64,000 bases of DNA from Phycisphaerae bacterium (GCA_012729395.1 JAAYDF010000284.1:2441-66440); one strand, 5' to 3'; shown: positions 34,565-44,172, numbered from the stretch's first letter. Notes: generated by a model from the letters alone, not told the origin. Numbers and translations: made by a program.

Positions 34565-35389
34565 ATGCAACCGTTACAGATCGGCGTTTGTTCGTGGTCG
34601 CTGGCCATCCCGGATCTGGCCCAGACCCTGGCTACCGTTCGCGACCAACTTGGCCTCAAGCTGGTGCACCTCGGGATTTTTGACGAAGGCTGGCGGGATC
34701 CCGACAGGGTGCTCAAGATTGTTGAAGACAGCGGCGTCGAAGCCAGCGCCACCTGTGTCGCGTTTGCCGGCGAAGACTACGCCAGCATCGCCCGTATCGC
34801 CGCGACCGGCGGATTCAAACCCGACGACGTCTGGGCCGACCGTCGCGCCAAAACCATGGGCGTGGCGGAAATCACCGCCCGGCTGGGCCTCAAGCACCTC
34901 ATGACCCACATCGGGTTTGTACCCCACGACCCCCGGGATCCCCAGTACGCGGTCATGGTCGACCGGATCAAGGACATCTGCGATGCCTTGGGACAGCGGG
35001 GCATCTCCCTGGTCATGGAGACCGGGCAGGAGAAGGTCCAAGACCTCATCGCCTTCATCGGGCGGGTGGAACGACCCAACATTGCGGTGAATTTCGACCC
35101 GGCCAACATGATCCTCTACGGGGCGGGCGAGCCGATCGAGGCCGTCGAGGCCCTGGGCTCGCGCATCGTGCACGTGCACATGAAAGACGCGACCTGGTCC
35201 AAGGCACCCGGAAAGGACTGGGGCGCGGAAGTCGTCCTGGGCACCGGCGAGGCCGACATCCCACGCGTGGTCAGCAAACTTCGCGCCCAAGGCTACCGCG
35301 GCCCGCTGGTCATCGAACGCGAGGCCGGCCAGCAGCGTCTGGCCGACATCCGCGAGGCCGTGAAGCTTCTTGAATCCCTGGTCGGCTGA
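34565..35389 (+). CDS. Sugar phosphate isomerase/epimerase (xylose isomerase-like TIM barrel)
   Basis: ATG at 34565 with AAGGAGGA upstream. LVMETGQE, VNFDPANMILYG, VHVHMKD and PLVIERE are typical AP-endonuclease-2/xylose-isomerase-like barrel motifs. Confidence 0.8.
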   Translation: MQPLQIGVCSWSLAIPDLAQTLATVRDQLGLKLVHLGIFDEGWRDPDRVLKIVEDSGVEASATCVAFAGEDYASIARIAATGGFKPDDVWADRRAKTMGVAEITARLGLKHLMTHIGFVPHDPRDPQYAVMVDRIKDICDALGQRGISLVMETGQEKVQDLIAFIGRVERPNIAVNFDPANMILYGAGEPIEAVEALGSRIVHVHMKDATWSKAPGKDWGAEVVLGTGEADIPRVVSKLRAQGYRGPLVIEREAGQQRLADIREAVKLLESLVG

Positions 35390-35436
35390 AGATACCCTGC
35401 TGAAGGTTCCCCATCGCCTCTCGGCAAGGTCAGGAT

Positions 35437-37443
35437 ATGGATGACAGTCGACGATCCAGCGACGCGCCACGGTGGCACACCACCGGCGCGTATCTTGCGC
35501 CCGCTCAGAGCGGCTCCGGTTCCAGCAACGGTGAGCGCACCAAACCGTTGCTCTTCGAGATCGCCTGGGAGGTCTGCGCCCAGACCGGCGGGATCTACAC
35601 CGTCCTGCGAAGCAAGGCACCGGCGTCGGCGAAACGCTGGGGCGACAACTACTGGCTGGTAGGGCCGTATCGCGAGTCAGCGGCCGCCATCGAGTTTGAG
35701 CTGGAGACGCCGACCGGCGTGGTCGCGCAGGCGATCGAGAGCCTTCGCGACCGGGGTATTATCGTCCACAGTGGCCGGTGGCTGATCACCGGCCGCCCCC
35801 GCGTTCTCCTGGTGGACACTTCCAGCCAAGCCCAATCCCTCGGGCAGATGAAGTACTACCTGTGGAAGGACTTGGGCATCGGCACGCCAGAGCACGAGGG
35901 CGAGCTGAACGACGTCATCCTGTTCGGCTACATGGCCGCCGATCTGCTCCAGGCGATTCACGAACGAATGGGCGACCGGCCCATGCTCGCCCATTTCCAC
36001 GAGTGGCAGGGAGCGCTGGCCTTACCACTGCTACACCATCGGCAGATCAGCTTCCCCACGGTCTTTACCACCCACGCCACCCTCGTCGGGCGGAGCCTCA
36101 GCGCCGCCAACGCCAACCTGTACGATCACCTGATGGAAATCGACGGCGAGGCCGTCGCCCACAAGCACGGCTTCCACCACCGGTTTTCCATGGAGCGAGC
36201 CGCCGCCCAGGCCGCCGACGTGTTCACCACCGTTTCCGGGATCACCGCCCTGGAGGCCCGGCAATTCCTTGGCCGGCAACCCGAAGTGCTCGTCCCCAAC
36301 GGCCTGAATGTCGAACGATTCGCAGCCCCCTACGAGTTCCAGAACCTCCACCGCCGGTGCAAGCAGCTCATCCACGAGTTCGTGATGGGCCACTTCTTCT
36401 CCAGCTACACCTTCGATCTGAACCAGACGCTCTACATCTTCACCGCCGGCCGGTATGAGTACCGAAACAAGGGATTCGACGTCTTCATCGAGGCCCTGCA
36501 CCAGCTCAATCAACGGCTTAAGGCCGACCCGACCGGCATGACCGTCGTGGCGTTCATCATCGCACCGGCGGCGTATCGCGGCCTGAATGTCGACACGCTC
36601 AAGCGCCAGGCCATGTTCCACGAATTGCGCGAAACCTGCGAGTCGATCAAAGACGACATGGGCCAGCGGCTGTTCAAAACCCTGGCCGACGGGCACCTGC
36701 CCTCGATGGATGAACTCCTCGACGAGTACGCCCGCGTTCGCCTCAAACGCATCATGCACGCCTGGCGGCAGTACGCCCAACCGACGATCGTCACCCATGA
36801 CCTGTGGGACGACGGGAAGGACGCGATCCTGTGCCACCTGCGTCACCGGCGATTGCTCAACGCCGCCGACGATCCGGTCAAAGTGCTCTTCCACCCCGAG
36901 TTCATCACCTCGACCAGCCCGGTATTGGGCCTGGAGTACGACCAGTTCGTCCGTGGGTGCAACCTCGGCGTTTTCCCGTCGTACTACGAACCCTGGGGTT
37001 ACACGCCGATGGAGTGTGTGGTTCGTGGCATCCCGGCCATCACCAGCGACCTGAGCGGGTTCGGAGCCTACGTCATGAGCCACTTCCCGGATCACGACAA
37101 CAACGGCATCTGGGTCGCCCGTCGTCGCGATCGCGGCGTCCAGGAAACCATCGATCAGGTCGCCGGATGGCTCTGGGACCTCACCCGCATGTCGAATCGT
37201 CGGCGAATCCAGCTCCGCAATCAGGTCGAAAGCCATGCCGAACATTTCGACTGGGGCCATATGACCCGCTACTACCGCGTAGCCCGACGGTGGGCCTTCC
37301 AGAAGCACTTCCCGGATCGCGATATCCTCCCCGCCGAACCGCAAACCTCGCTGCCAGCCGGCCCGTCTTCTCGGGTGGCCGGTCAGGTATCCCCAACCAG
37401 GCACGCCGACACGGACACCACAACGATTCCCAAAATGCCGTAG
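35437..37443 (+). CDS. Glycogen synthase, GT3 (eukaryote-like) family
   Basis: 668 aa. LFEIAWEVCAQTGGIYTVLRSKA, AHFHEWQ, TTHATLVGR and FPSYYEPWGYTPMEC are hallmark GT3 glycogen synthase motifs. Confidence 0.8.
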   Translation: MDDSRRSSDAPRWHTTGAYLAPAQSGSGSSNGERTKPLLFEIAWEVCAQTGGIYTVLRSKAPASAKRWGDNYWLVGPYRESAAAIEFELETPTGVVAQAIESLRDRGIIVHSGRWLITGRPRVLLVDTSSQAQSLGQMKYYLWKDLGIGTPEHEGELNDVILFGYMAADLLQAIHERMGDRPMLAHFHEWQGALALPLLHHRQISFPTVFTTHATLVGRSLSAANANLYDHLMEIDGEAVAHKHGFHHRFSMERAAAQAADVFTTVSGITALEARQFLGRQPEVLVPNGLNVERFAAPYEFQNLHRRCKQLIHEFVMGHFFSSYTFDLNQTLYIFTAGRYEYRNKGFDVFIEALHQLNQRLKADPTGMTVVAFIIAPAAYRGLNVDTLKRQAMFHELRETCESIKDDMGQRLFKTLADGHLPSMDELLDEYARVRLKRIMHAWRQYAQPTIVTHDLWDDGKDAILCHLRHRRLLNAADDPVKVLFHPEFITSTSPVLGLEYDQFVRGCNLGVFPSYYEPWGYTPMECVVRGIPAITSDLSGFGAYVMSHFPDHDNNGIWVARRRDRGVQETIDQVAGWLWDLTRMSNRRRIQLRNQVESHAEHFDWGHMTRYYRVARRWAFQKHFPDRDILPAEPQTSLPAGPSSRVAGQVSPTRHADTDTTTIPKMP

Positions 37444-37452
37444 GAGAACATC

Positions 37453-39375
37453 ATGCGCATGCAGAGTATGGCCGGCCTCCTGGCTCTGGGAGCCGTGTCG
37501 GCAGGCTGTGCCGGGCCAACCACGCGAATCAACCTGGCGGAGTATGAGGACCAAGTCTACGCGTCGTGGCTCGGGCAGTGCATCGGCAACATGTACGGGC
37601 TCTCGCACGAGCACAAGTACCAGGATGAGCCGCGCACTGAGCCCATCGACAACTGGATGCCGGACGCCCTGCAGCGCCTCCGCGAGTTCAACGGATCATT
37701 CAGCGACGACGACACGGATATCGAATACGTGATGTTGTTCTGCATGGAACAGCACGGACCGGAGCCGACGTACGCCCAGGTGGCCGAGTCGTGGAAGAGA
37801 CACATCAACAACCATATATGGGTCGCGAACCGCTCGGCCCGCGACTTGATGAACCTCGGGTACCTGCCGCCGCTGACCGGACGCAAGGATCTCAACGAGA
37901 ACTGGTATCAAATCGACCCGCAACTGGTCTGCGAGATCTGGGCGGTGACCACACCGGGCATGATCCGCTACGCGGCCGCCAAGGCCGACTGGGCCGCCAA
38001 GGTCACCAACGACGACTACGGCACGCATCCCACCATCTGGTACAACGCCATGTACGCGGCGGCGTTCCGCGAGCAGAACGTCGAGCGGCTCTGCCAGATC
38101 GGGTACGAGCAAGTGCCGCCGGGCAGCGTGTTCCGGACCGCGATCGACGACGTGCGACAATGGAAGCAGGAACACGGCGACGACTGGGTGGCCGTGCGGG
38201 AGAAGATCAAACGCAAGTACCACGACCGCGAGGGGCTCACGCCGGACTTCGCGACCGGATACGTCGGGGCGATCCTCAACGGTGCCCTGGGTGTGCTGGC
38301 CCTGTTGTACGGCGAGGGTGATTTCGAGAAGACCATGAACTATGCGTGCATGGCGGGCTATGACGCGGACAACCAGTGTGCGACGCTGGCGGGCTTGGTG
38401 GCCCTGATGCACGGCAGCGCGTCGATCCCCCGGAAGTACACGCATGTGCTGCCAGAGTGGACCGACCCGCTCAATGATTTCTACAAGAACCGCACGCGCG
38501 ACGGGCTGCCCGACGGTCGGCTGATGGACATGGCTCGCCGAACGGCAGCCATCGGTCGCCGGCTGGTGACTGAAACGGGCGGCCGCGTCGAACAGGCGGG
38601 CGATCGCGAGGTGCTGGTGATCAACACGCAGGCGGAGTTCTTCGCTCCGCTGGAGGTGCGCCTCTTCCCGATTCACCTGGACGCCGGCCAGCCCGCGACG
38701 GTTGAAATCGAGGTCATCGGTGGCCGGCCGACCAGCCGGGGCGTCGACGTGATTCTGGCGGGAGCCCTGCCGCCGGGAATGCAGACGCAACGGCGGGGCA
38801 ACCGGAAGGTGCTCACCGGGGTACCCCGGGAGGCGGGACAATACGAGTTGGCGACGACCGTGTTCGACGGCTCGATTCGGCGGGAGCAACAACTGTCGAT
38901 ATTCGTTCATCGCCCCAACGAAGCCCGGTCGGCCAGCAGAGTCCTGGCCGCGGTCACCAACCCCGGCGGCGGCGGCAGCCGCAATCTCGAAACCCTCCGC
39001 GACGGCGACCTGTCCATCCGCCACTACGACAGCTTCACCGGGGCTGATACGCCGGCCGAGGACTTCTACGGCTACGAGTGGAAGGAACCAATCGCGCTTT
39101 CCAGCCTGCTGCTCTACACCGGACCGGTCTTCCAGGATGGCGGGTGGTTCGAGACCTTGGATGTTCAGTACCAGGGCCAAGACGGGCGTTGGCAGCCAGT
39201 GGCCGGATTGGAGTGCCTGCCTCGGTTTGACCTGGAGGCGGCTCGCCAGGGCCGGCGGCAGTACGCGCTGTCTTTTCGCCCGATAACTACAACCGCCATC
39301 CGCGTGATCGGCCGGCCGGGTGGATCGGCCTGCTTCACCAGCGTGTACGAGTTGGTCGTACCCCGCTGGCGCTAG
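37453..39375 (+). CDS. ADP-ribosylglycohydrolase family lipoprotein
   Basis: 640 aa, AGGAG upstream, lipobox LGAVSAGC. SFSDDDTDIEY and GYDADNQCATLAGL are ARH-fold metal-site motifs. There is an additional C-terminal beta-rich region. Confidence 0.7.
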   Translation: MRMQSMAGLLALGAVSAGCAGPTTRINLAEYEDQVYASWLGQCIGNMYGLSHEHKYQDEPRTEPIDNWMPDALQRLREFNGSFSDDDTDIEYVMLFCMEQHGPEPTYAQVAESWKRHINNHIWVANRSARDLMNLGYLPPLTGRKDLNENWYQIDPQLVCEIWAVTTPGMIRYAAAKADWAAKVTNDDYGTHPTIWYNAMYAAAFREQNVERLCQIGYEQVPPGSVFRTAIDDVRQWKQEHGDDWVAVREKIKRKYHDREGLTPDFATGYVGAILNGALGVLALLYGEGDFEKTMNYACMAGYDADNQCATLAGLVALMHGSASIPRKYTHVLPEWTDPLNDFYKNRTRDGLPDGRLMDMARRTAAIGRRLVTETGGRVEQAGDREVLVINTQAEFFAPLEVRLFPIHLDAGQPATVEIEVIGGRPTSRGVDVILAGALPPGMQTQRRGNRKVLTGVPREAGQYELATTVFDGSIRREQQLSIFVHRPNEARSASRVLAAVTNPGGGGSRNLETLRDGDLSIRHYDSFTGADTPAEDFYGYEWKEPIALSSLLLYTGPVFQDGGWFETLDVQYQGQDGRWQPVAGLECLPRFDLEAARQGRRQYALSFRPITTTAIRVIGRPGGSACFTSVYELVVPRWR

Positions 39376-39489
39376 CAAAAAGGTGTCAGGAACCTTTTTC
39401 GCCTGAACCGCACGTTGGGCCGCGACCAATCAGTGAAGCCGCTGGCGCCGGGAGGGCGGAGGCGAAAAAGGTTCCTGACACCTTTTTGC
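39375..39489. repeat. MITE-like element of the GGTGTCAGGAAC family (perfect 29-bp terminal inverted repeats, 57-bp core)
   Basis: 39375-39403 (gcaaaaaggtgtcaggaacctttttcgcc) is the exact reverse complement of 39461-39489. It starts on the last base of the upstream TAG stop. Confidence 0.9.
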
Positions 39490-39584
39490 GGGGGTGGACG
39501 GCGGGCGGGGAATGTGGACAATAGGCGGCCCGGCCGGGGTGCGGCCGAGGTTGAGTGAGGGATCCCCCTGACGAGGAGGCTCGT

Positions 39585-39746
39585 ATGGATCGCAAATATC
39601 ATCGTGTGGTTCGCTGGCTGGCCCTGGCCACGTCCGGGGCGGTTGTATTCCAGGCGGCCAGTTGTGACCTTGTACTGCAGACGGTTCAGACCGGCCTTCT
39701 GGCGACGGTGACCGGGATCCTTTACTACTTGGCCCGGAACGTGTGA
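39585..39746 (+). CDS. Small hydrophobic protein
   Basis: 53 aa, ATG at 39585 with a strong GAGGAGG at 39573-39579. MDRKYHRVVRWLALATSGAVVFQAASC... looks like a signal or lipoprotein-type N-terminus. Confidence 0.45.
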   Translation: MDRKYHRVVRWLALATSGAVVFQAASCDLVLQTVQTGLLATVTGILYYLARNV

Positions 39747-40165
39747 GGGCGGAGCTGAAGCCGGCCGTGGGGTGCTGTTCCGGGGCGGAGCAGGGCTCCG
39801 GCGGACTTGGCGAGGCTTTGGTATGGCAGGGCTGGATGGGGCCTTCTGGTAGCGGCCGACCGCTCCGCCTAGACGGGGCGGGCAGGCTGTGGCGGCTGGC
39901 GTCTGAAGAGCTGTCGCTGTCCAGCCGCCGCTGCGAAGCAGCGCTGTCATATGAGGGAGTGGTGCTCGCGGTGTTTTTTTGCCGACGATCGGAGCTTGGT
40001 GAATTCACGACTTGGTGAGGTTGTGGTGCGGCGAGGCTCAGTTGTCGCGAAAGCCCGCACGTGCGCCGCAATGTTCCCTTTATGACCCGAATGGTAATGT
40101 CGTGCCTCGACCCGCGTGAGTGAGCGCGGCAAGGGTGAGGCACGCCCCAGGAGTGAGAGAGTTCC

Positions 40166-42052
40166 ATGTTCAGAAAAGAGACTGTACTCGAAGACAAGGC
40201 CTTCAAGGTCCTTGAGAAGATTCCAACCCGCGTTTTCGCGAGCGACGTGACCGCATCGCATTATGTGGCCGGTCTGATCGCCGAGACGATCCGCCGGCAC
40301 AACGGGCAGGGCAAGCCGACGGTACTCGGTCTGGCGACCGGCAATACGCCGGTCAACGTCTACCGCGAGCTGATCCGCCTGCACCGTGAGGAAGGGCTGG
40401 ACTTCAGCCGCGTGGTGACCTTCAATCTTGATGAGTACTGGCCGATGCCACCGGACAGCATCCAGAGCTACTACCGCTGGATGCGGGAGAATTTCTTCGA
40501 CCACGTGAACGTGCCCGCAGCGAACATCCACATTCCGGACGGCACGTTGCCGCCGAGCGAAGTGGCCTCGTTCTGCGACATTTACGAAGAGCGTATCCGT
40601 GCGGCGGGCGGCATCGACATTCAGATTCTGGGCATCGGGCGGACGGGGCATGTGGGGTTCAACGAGCCCGGTTCCTCGCGTGAATCTCGGACCCGGTTGA
40701 TCAGTCTGGACAGGGTGACTCGCATGGACGCGGCGGCGGACTTCTTCGGCGAGGAGAACGTGCCCCGCCAGGCGATCACCATGGGCGTGGGCACGATTTT
40801 GGCGGCCAAGCGGATTCTGCTTCTGGCGTTTGGCGAGCAGAAAGCGCCGATCATTCGCAAGGCGGTCGAGGGCCCGATCACCGACGAAGTGGCGGCCAGC
40901 TTCCTGCAGGAGCACGACAACGCGGAGGTGATCTGCGGCCCGGCCTCGTCGGCGAATCTGACGCGACTGGCCACGCCTTGGCTGCTCGGCGAGATTGAGT
41001 GGACCCCCGGCTACGAGCGGCGGGCGGTGATCTGGCTGAGCCTTACCGCGGGCAAGAGCATTCTTCGGTTGGATCAGGATGACTACGATCATCACCACTT
41101 GGCCTCATTGGTCCGTCAGGCGGGCCCCGTAGACGACCTCAACATCCGCGTCGGCCGCAGCCTGTGGGATACCCTCCTGCGTCAGGGCATGGCCCCGACC
41201 GGCAAACGCATGATCTGTTTCAGCCCGCACCCCGACGACGATGTGATCAGCATGGGGGCGACGCTGACCGAAATGACCAAGTGCGGCAACGAAGTGCACG
41301 TAGCCTACATGACCAGTGGTAACATTGCCGTCTTTGATGACTACGCTCGCCAGATGCTGAACTTCTGGTCGGATCTTAACCACATTTTCGAGTTTGACTC
41401 GAACCGGACGCTGAGCTTCGTCCGCAAGGTCAAGGACTTTTTCGCGGCCAAGACGCCTGGGGCGGTGGACATTCGCGAGGTTCAACAGATCAAGGAGTGG
41501 ATTCGCCGGAACGAGGCTGCCGCAGCCTGCCGCTCGATGCGTATTCCCTTCCGCAACGCCCATTTCCTCGATCTGCCGTTCTACCAGACGGGCGAGGTCA
41601 GCAAGCGCCCGATCACCGATGCGGACGTGAAGATTGTGACGGAGCTGTTGCGTAAGGTTCGGCCGCATTGGGTCTTTTTGGCGGGCGAGATGGCGGACCC
41701 GCATGGTACGCACCGGCTGTGTGCTGAGGCGGTTCTCCGGGCGCTGCGGGAGCTCGGCCCGGACGAGAAGCCCGAGATCGTCTGGCTTTACCGTGGTGCG
41801 TGGCAAGAATGGGATGTGGATATGATCGACATGGCCATTCCGTTCTCCAAGGCCCAGTTGACGAACAAGATCTTCGGCATTTTCAAGCACCAGTCCCAGA
41901 AGGACAAGGCTCTGTTCCCTGGCCCGTACGACGACCGCGAGTTCTGGCAGCGAGCCGAGGCCCGCAACCGCGAAACCGCCGCCAAGTACAACGCGCTCGG
42001 CTTGCCGGATTACTACGCCATCGAGGCGTTCGTCCGGTGGGAGGGGGAGTGA
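40166..42052 (+). CDS. nagB: Glucosamine-6-phosphate deaminase, long form fused to an LmbE/PIG-L-like domain
   Basis: 628 aa. LGLATGNTP, FNLDEY and GIGRTGHVGFNEPGS form the NagB core. C-terminal SPHPDDDVISMG is the LmbE-type motif. Confidence 0.88.
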   Translation: MFRKETVLEDKAFKVLEKIPTRVFASDVTASHYVAGLIAETIRRHNGQGKPTVLGLATGNTPVNVYRELIRLHREEGLDFSRVVTFNLDEYWPMPPDSIQSYYRWMRENFFDHVNVPAANIHIPDGTLPPSEVASFCDIYEERIRAAGGIDIQILGIGRTGHVGFNEPGSSRESRTRLISLDRVTRMDAAADFFGEENVPRQAITMGVGTILAAKRILLLAFGEQKAPIIRKAVEGPITDEVAASFLQEHDNAEVICGPASSANLTRLATPWLLGEIEWTPGYERRAVIWLSLTAGKSILRLDQDDYDHHHLASLVRQAGPVDDLNIRVGRSLWDTLLRQGMAPTGKRMICFSPHPDDDVISMGATLTEMTKCGNEVHVAYMTSGNIAVFDDYARQMLNFWSDLNHIFEFDSNRTLSFVRKVKDFFAAKTPGAVDIREVQQIKEWIRRNEAAAACRSMRIPFRNAHFLDLPFYQTGEVSKRPITDADVKIVTELLRKVRPHWVFLAGEMADPHGTHRLCAEAVLRALRELGPDEKPEIVWLYRGAWQEWDVDMIDMAIPFSKAQLTNKIFGIFKHQSQKDKALFPGPYDDREFWQRAEARNRETAAKYNALGLPDYYAIEAFVRWEGE

Positions 42053-42063
42053 GGGCGGAAACT

Positions 42064-42136
42064 TGAGATCTGGGATTTCAGATTTGAGATCTGAGATTTG
42101 AGAGCTGGGATCTGAGATCTGGAATCTGAGATTCGG
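42064..42136. repeat. Degenerate tandem repeat GAGATCTGRGATTT (about five units)
   Basis: Sequence is tgagatctgggatttcagatttgagatctgagatttgagagctgggatctgagatctggaatctgagattcggg. It lies between convergent nagB and 42163-43329. Confidence 0.75.
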
Positions 42137-42162
42137 GTTGCCCCTTCACGGGTCGAGCACCG

Positions 42163-43329
42163 CTACCGGCTTGCCGCTTCGCGGGGAGCGTCGTTGTTGT
42201 CCATCGCAACAGTGTCCGGCGCGACAGTATCTGGCATGGCTTTGTCCGGCGCGGCAGTGTCCGGCATAGCAGGATCTGGTGCGGCGATTTCCGGCGTAGC
42301 AGCATTCGTCGCGGCAGCATCCGGCGGCATAGCCGAAGACGGGGAAGCCGGCGAAGCGGTTTCTGGCGCTTCGGCTTTGCCGGTCGCGTCGGCATGCCGG
42401 TCGCGAGCCAGCAGGCGGTCGACCAGCGATTCGGTCCACGTTTTGCGTGCGGGATCGAAGTGATCCTTGGCGGCGGTCAGGAAGGGTTTCATCCGGTCAT
42501 TAAGATACGCGGCCACGCCCTCGCTGCTGATGGTGGCGAGGGTGCGGCCGTAGCTATCGAGGATCTGCTCGCCGACGAGGTCGGTCCCGGTCTGCCCGAG
42601 TGCGAAGGCGGCTCCGACGCTCTTGCGAGCCCAGCCGGCGACGTCGATGGTGAGAATCCCGCCGAGTGTTTCCAGGGAGATGTTCTCGCGGTTAGCGACC
42701 TGCTCCATTTGCGTCCAGATGGTTTCGAGCCGGGGCAGGAGGTTGGTCGCCCGAGCGAACATCTGGCCGTAGGTCGCGGTGAGCTGATTGGCGAGGTTGC
42801 CGATCTCCTCGCGTGAGAGTGGGGGGGTATCGATGGCCGTCACGCTCGATTGTGACGCTTCCTGGATGGCGGCCAACAGGTCGGGCAGCCCGGTGACCTG
42901 GACGTCGGGCTCGATGACCCCGTTGGCTTTGAGTTGCTCGCCGAGGCGTTTGAGGAAGGCGTTGCTGCCCGCGGCCGCATCGCCGGCGATGGCGAAGACC
43001 CACAGCGGCGAGAAGTGCATGGCGAACAGGCCGGCGGTCTCGAGGGCGCTGCCCACGATCTTCTTCTGCACATATTGGGGATCCGCGGGCGGCTGGTTCG
43101 CGTTGGCGTCGGCTTGGCGGATCTTGGCCACCTTCTCGATCATGAAGCGCTGCGTGTCGCCGAGAAAGATGCGGTACAGCGTCGTGCCGCGCAGCACCTC
43201 CGGGAAAAGCGTCTCGGTGAGCAGCGAGGTGGTCCCGCCCGCCATGGCCGCCAGGGAGCGAACGGTGCGTTCCGGCAAGCTGACCATATAACCCAACTGC
43301 TGGCGAAGAGCGTCGACAAATCCGGACAT
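42163..43329 (-). CDS. Conserved hypothetical protein with low-complexity C-terminal tail
   Basis: 388 aa, ATG at 43329, high GC3. The tail contains AMPDTAAPD-like repeats. The last codons (EAASR) are encoded by the dispersed GGCTTGCCGCTTCGCGGGG motif. Confidence 0.65.
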   Translation of the reverse strand: MSGFVDALRQQLGYMVSLPERTVRSLAAMAGGTTSLLTETLFPEVLRGTTLYRIFLGDTQRFMIEKVAKIRQADANANQPPADPQYVQKKIVGSALETAGLFAMHFSPLWVFAIAGDAAAGSNAFLKRLGEQLKANGVIEPDVQVTGLPDLLAAIQEASQSSVTAIDTPPLSREEIGNLANQLTATYGQMFARATNLLPRLETIWTQMEQVANRENISLETLGGILTIDVAGWARKSVGAAFALGQTGTDLVGEQILDSYGRTLATISSEGVAAYLNDRMKPFLTAAKDHFDPARKTWTESLVDRLLARDRHADATGKAEAPETASPASPSSAMPPDAAATNAATPEIAAPDPAMPDTAAPDKAMPDTVAPDTVAMDNNDAPREAASR

Positions 43330-43374
43330 TGTGGTTTCTCCTGGCGATGGTTTTCAGTCATCATCGTACTGTGG

Positions 43375-43556
43375 CACGCCGGTCGCCACGGTCTGCACGC
43401 CGGTCGCCACGGGGGGCGACCGCTACGGGGCAGAAGCACGCGGCCGATGCGTGCGCCTCCGGGGATCAACCGCCCCATTTCTGGGGCGGCTCGGGGCGTG
43501 GCCCGCCGGTCGCCGCGGCTCAGCTGAGCTCGCCGAAGTCGGGGGGCGACCGCTAC
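43375..43556. repeat. Cluster of short GC-rich repeats and hairpins (GCACGCCGGTCGCCACGG x2, GGGGGGCGACCGCTAC x2)
   Basis: The 18-mer occurs at 43375-43392 and 43395-43412, and the 16-mer at 43411-43426 and 43541-43556. cggtcgcc/ggcgaccg form 8-bp stems. The cluster overlaps the last ~45 codons of the coaB ORF. Confidence 0.7.
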
Positions 43557-44172
43557 CCTGTAAATCTTCGAGCACGCGGAGCAAGCCTCGGGCGACGGCG
43601 GCTTTGGTGCCCGTCAACGAGTCGAACCAGCCGCGGCCAGGGGCGTATAGCTCTACTACGGCACGGTCGGCACCGACGTTCTCCGGGCCGTTCAATACGA
43701 TCAGGTCACAGTTTTTGCGAGCGCATTTGCGTTCGGCATGGGGACGGGCGTCATGGTCTTCCATGGCGAAGCCCACTAAGATGCGTCCGCCTTTACGAGC
43801 TCCCAGTGCGGCGGCGATGTCCTCGGTCGGCTCCAGGGCGATCCGATAAGCGCGGTTCTTCTTCGGCAGTTTCTGGGCGGCGGTCTCGACCGGGCGGTAA
43901 TCGCAGACCGCGGCGGTCATCACCATGGCGTCCACCTCGCGCAGGGCTCGCCTGCAGGCCTGGGCCATCTCGGCGGCGGTGGTCACGGGGATACACTTGA
44001 CGCCCCGCGGCACGGGCAGGGCAACGGGCCCGCTGACCAGGGTAACCGTATGGCCTCGCCGCGCGGCCTCCCGAGCGATGGCGTATCCCATCTTCCCGGT
44101 CGAGGCGTTGGTGATGAACCGCACCGAGTCGAAGAACTCACGGGTGGGTCCGGCAGTCACAAGCAGACGCAT
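43423..44172 (-). CDS. coaB: Phosphopantothenate-cysteine ligase (CoaB domain only)
   Basis: ATG at 44172 (MRLLVTAGPTREFFDSVRFITNASTGKMG). AAVCDYRP and LVGFAMED are CoaB/DFP C-domain motifs. No CoaC flavoprotein domain is present upstream. Confidence 0.8.
   Translation of the reverse strand: MRLLVTAGPTREFFDSVRFITNASTGKMGYAIAREAARRGHTVTLVSGPVALPVPRGVKCIPVTTAAEMAQACRRALREVDAMVMTAAVCDYRPVETAAQKLPKKNRAYRIALEPTEDIAAALGARKGGRILVGFAMEDHDARPHAERKCARKNCDLIVLNGPENVGADRAVVELYAPGRGWFDSLTGTKAAVARGLLRVLEDLQGSGRPPTSASSAEPRRPAGHAPSRPRNGAVDPRRRTHRPRASAP

Noticed and set aside
39747-40165. Terminator at the T7 run (39975-39981) or a small gene in the 419-bp gap before nagB
   Set aside because: No stable stem immediately precedes the T-run. 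The nearby 6-bp stem cgctgc/gcagcg is not followed by Ts. The listed ORFs in the gap have no RBS or coding bias.
42064-42136. Possible CRISPR array
   Set aside because: The units are ~14 nt, degenerate and contiguous, with no unique spacers, and no cas genes are nearby. This is a simple tandem repeat.
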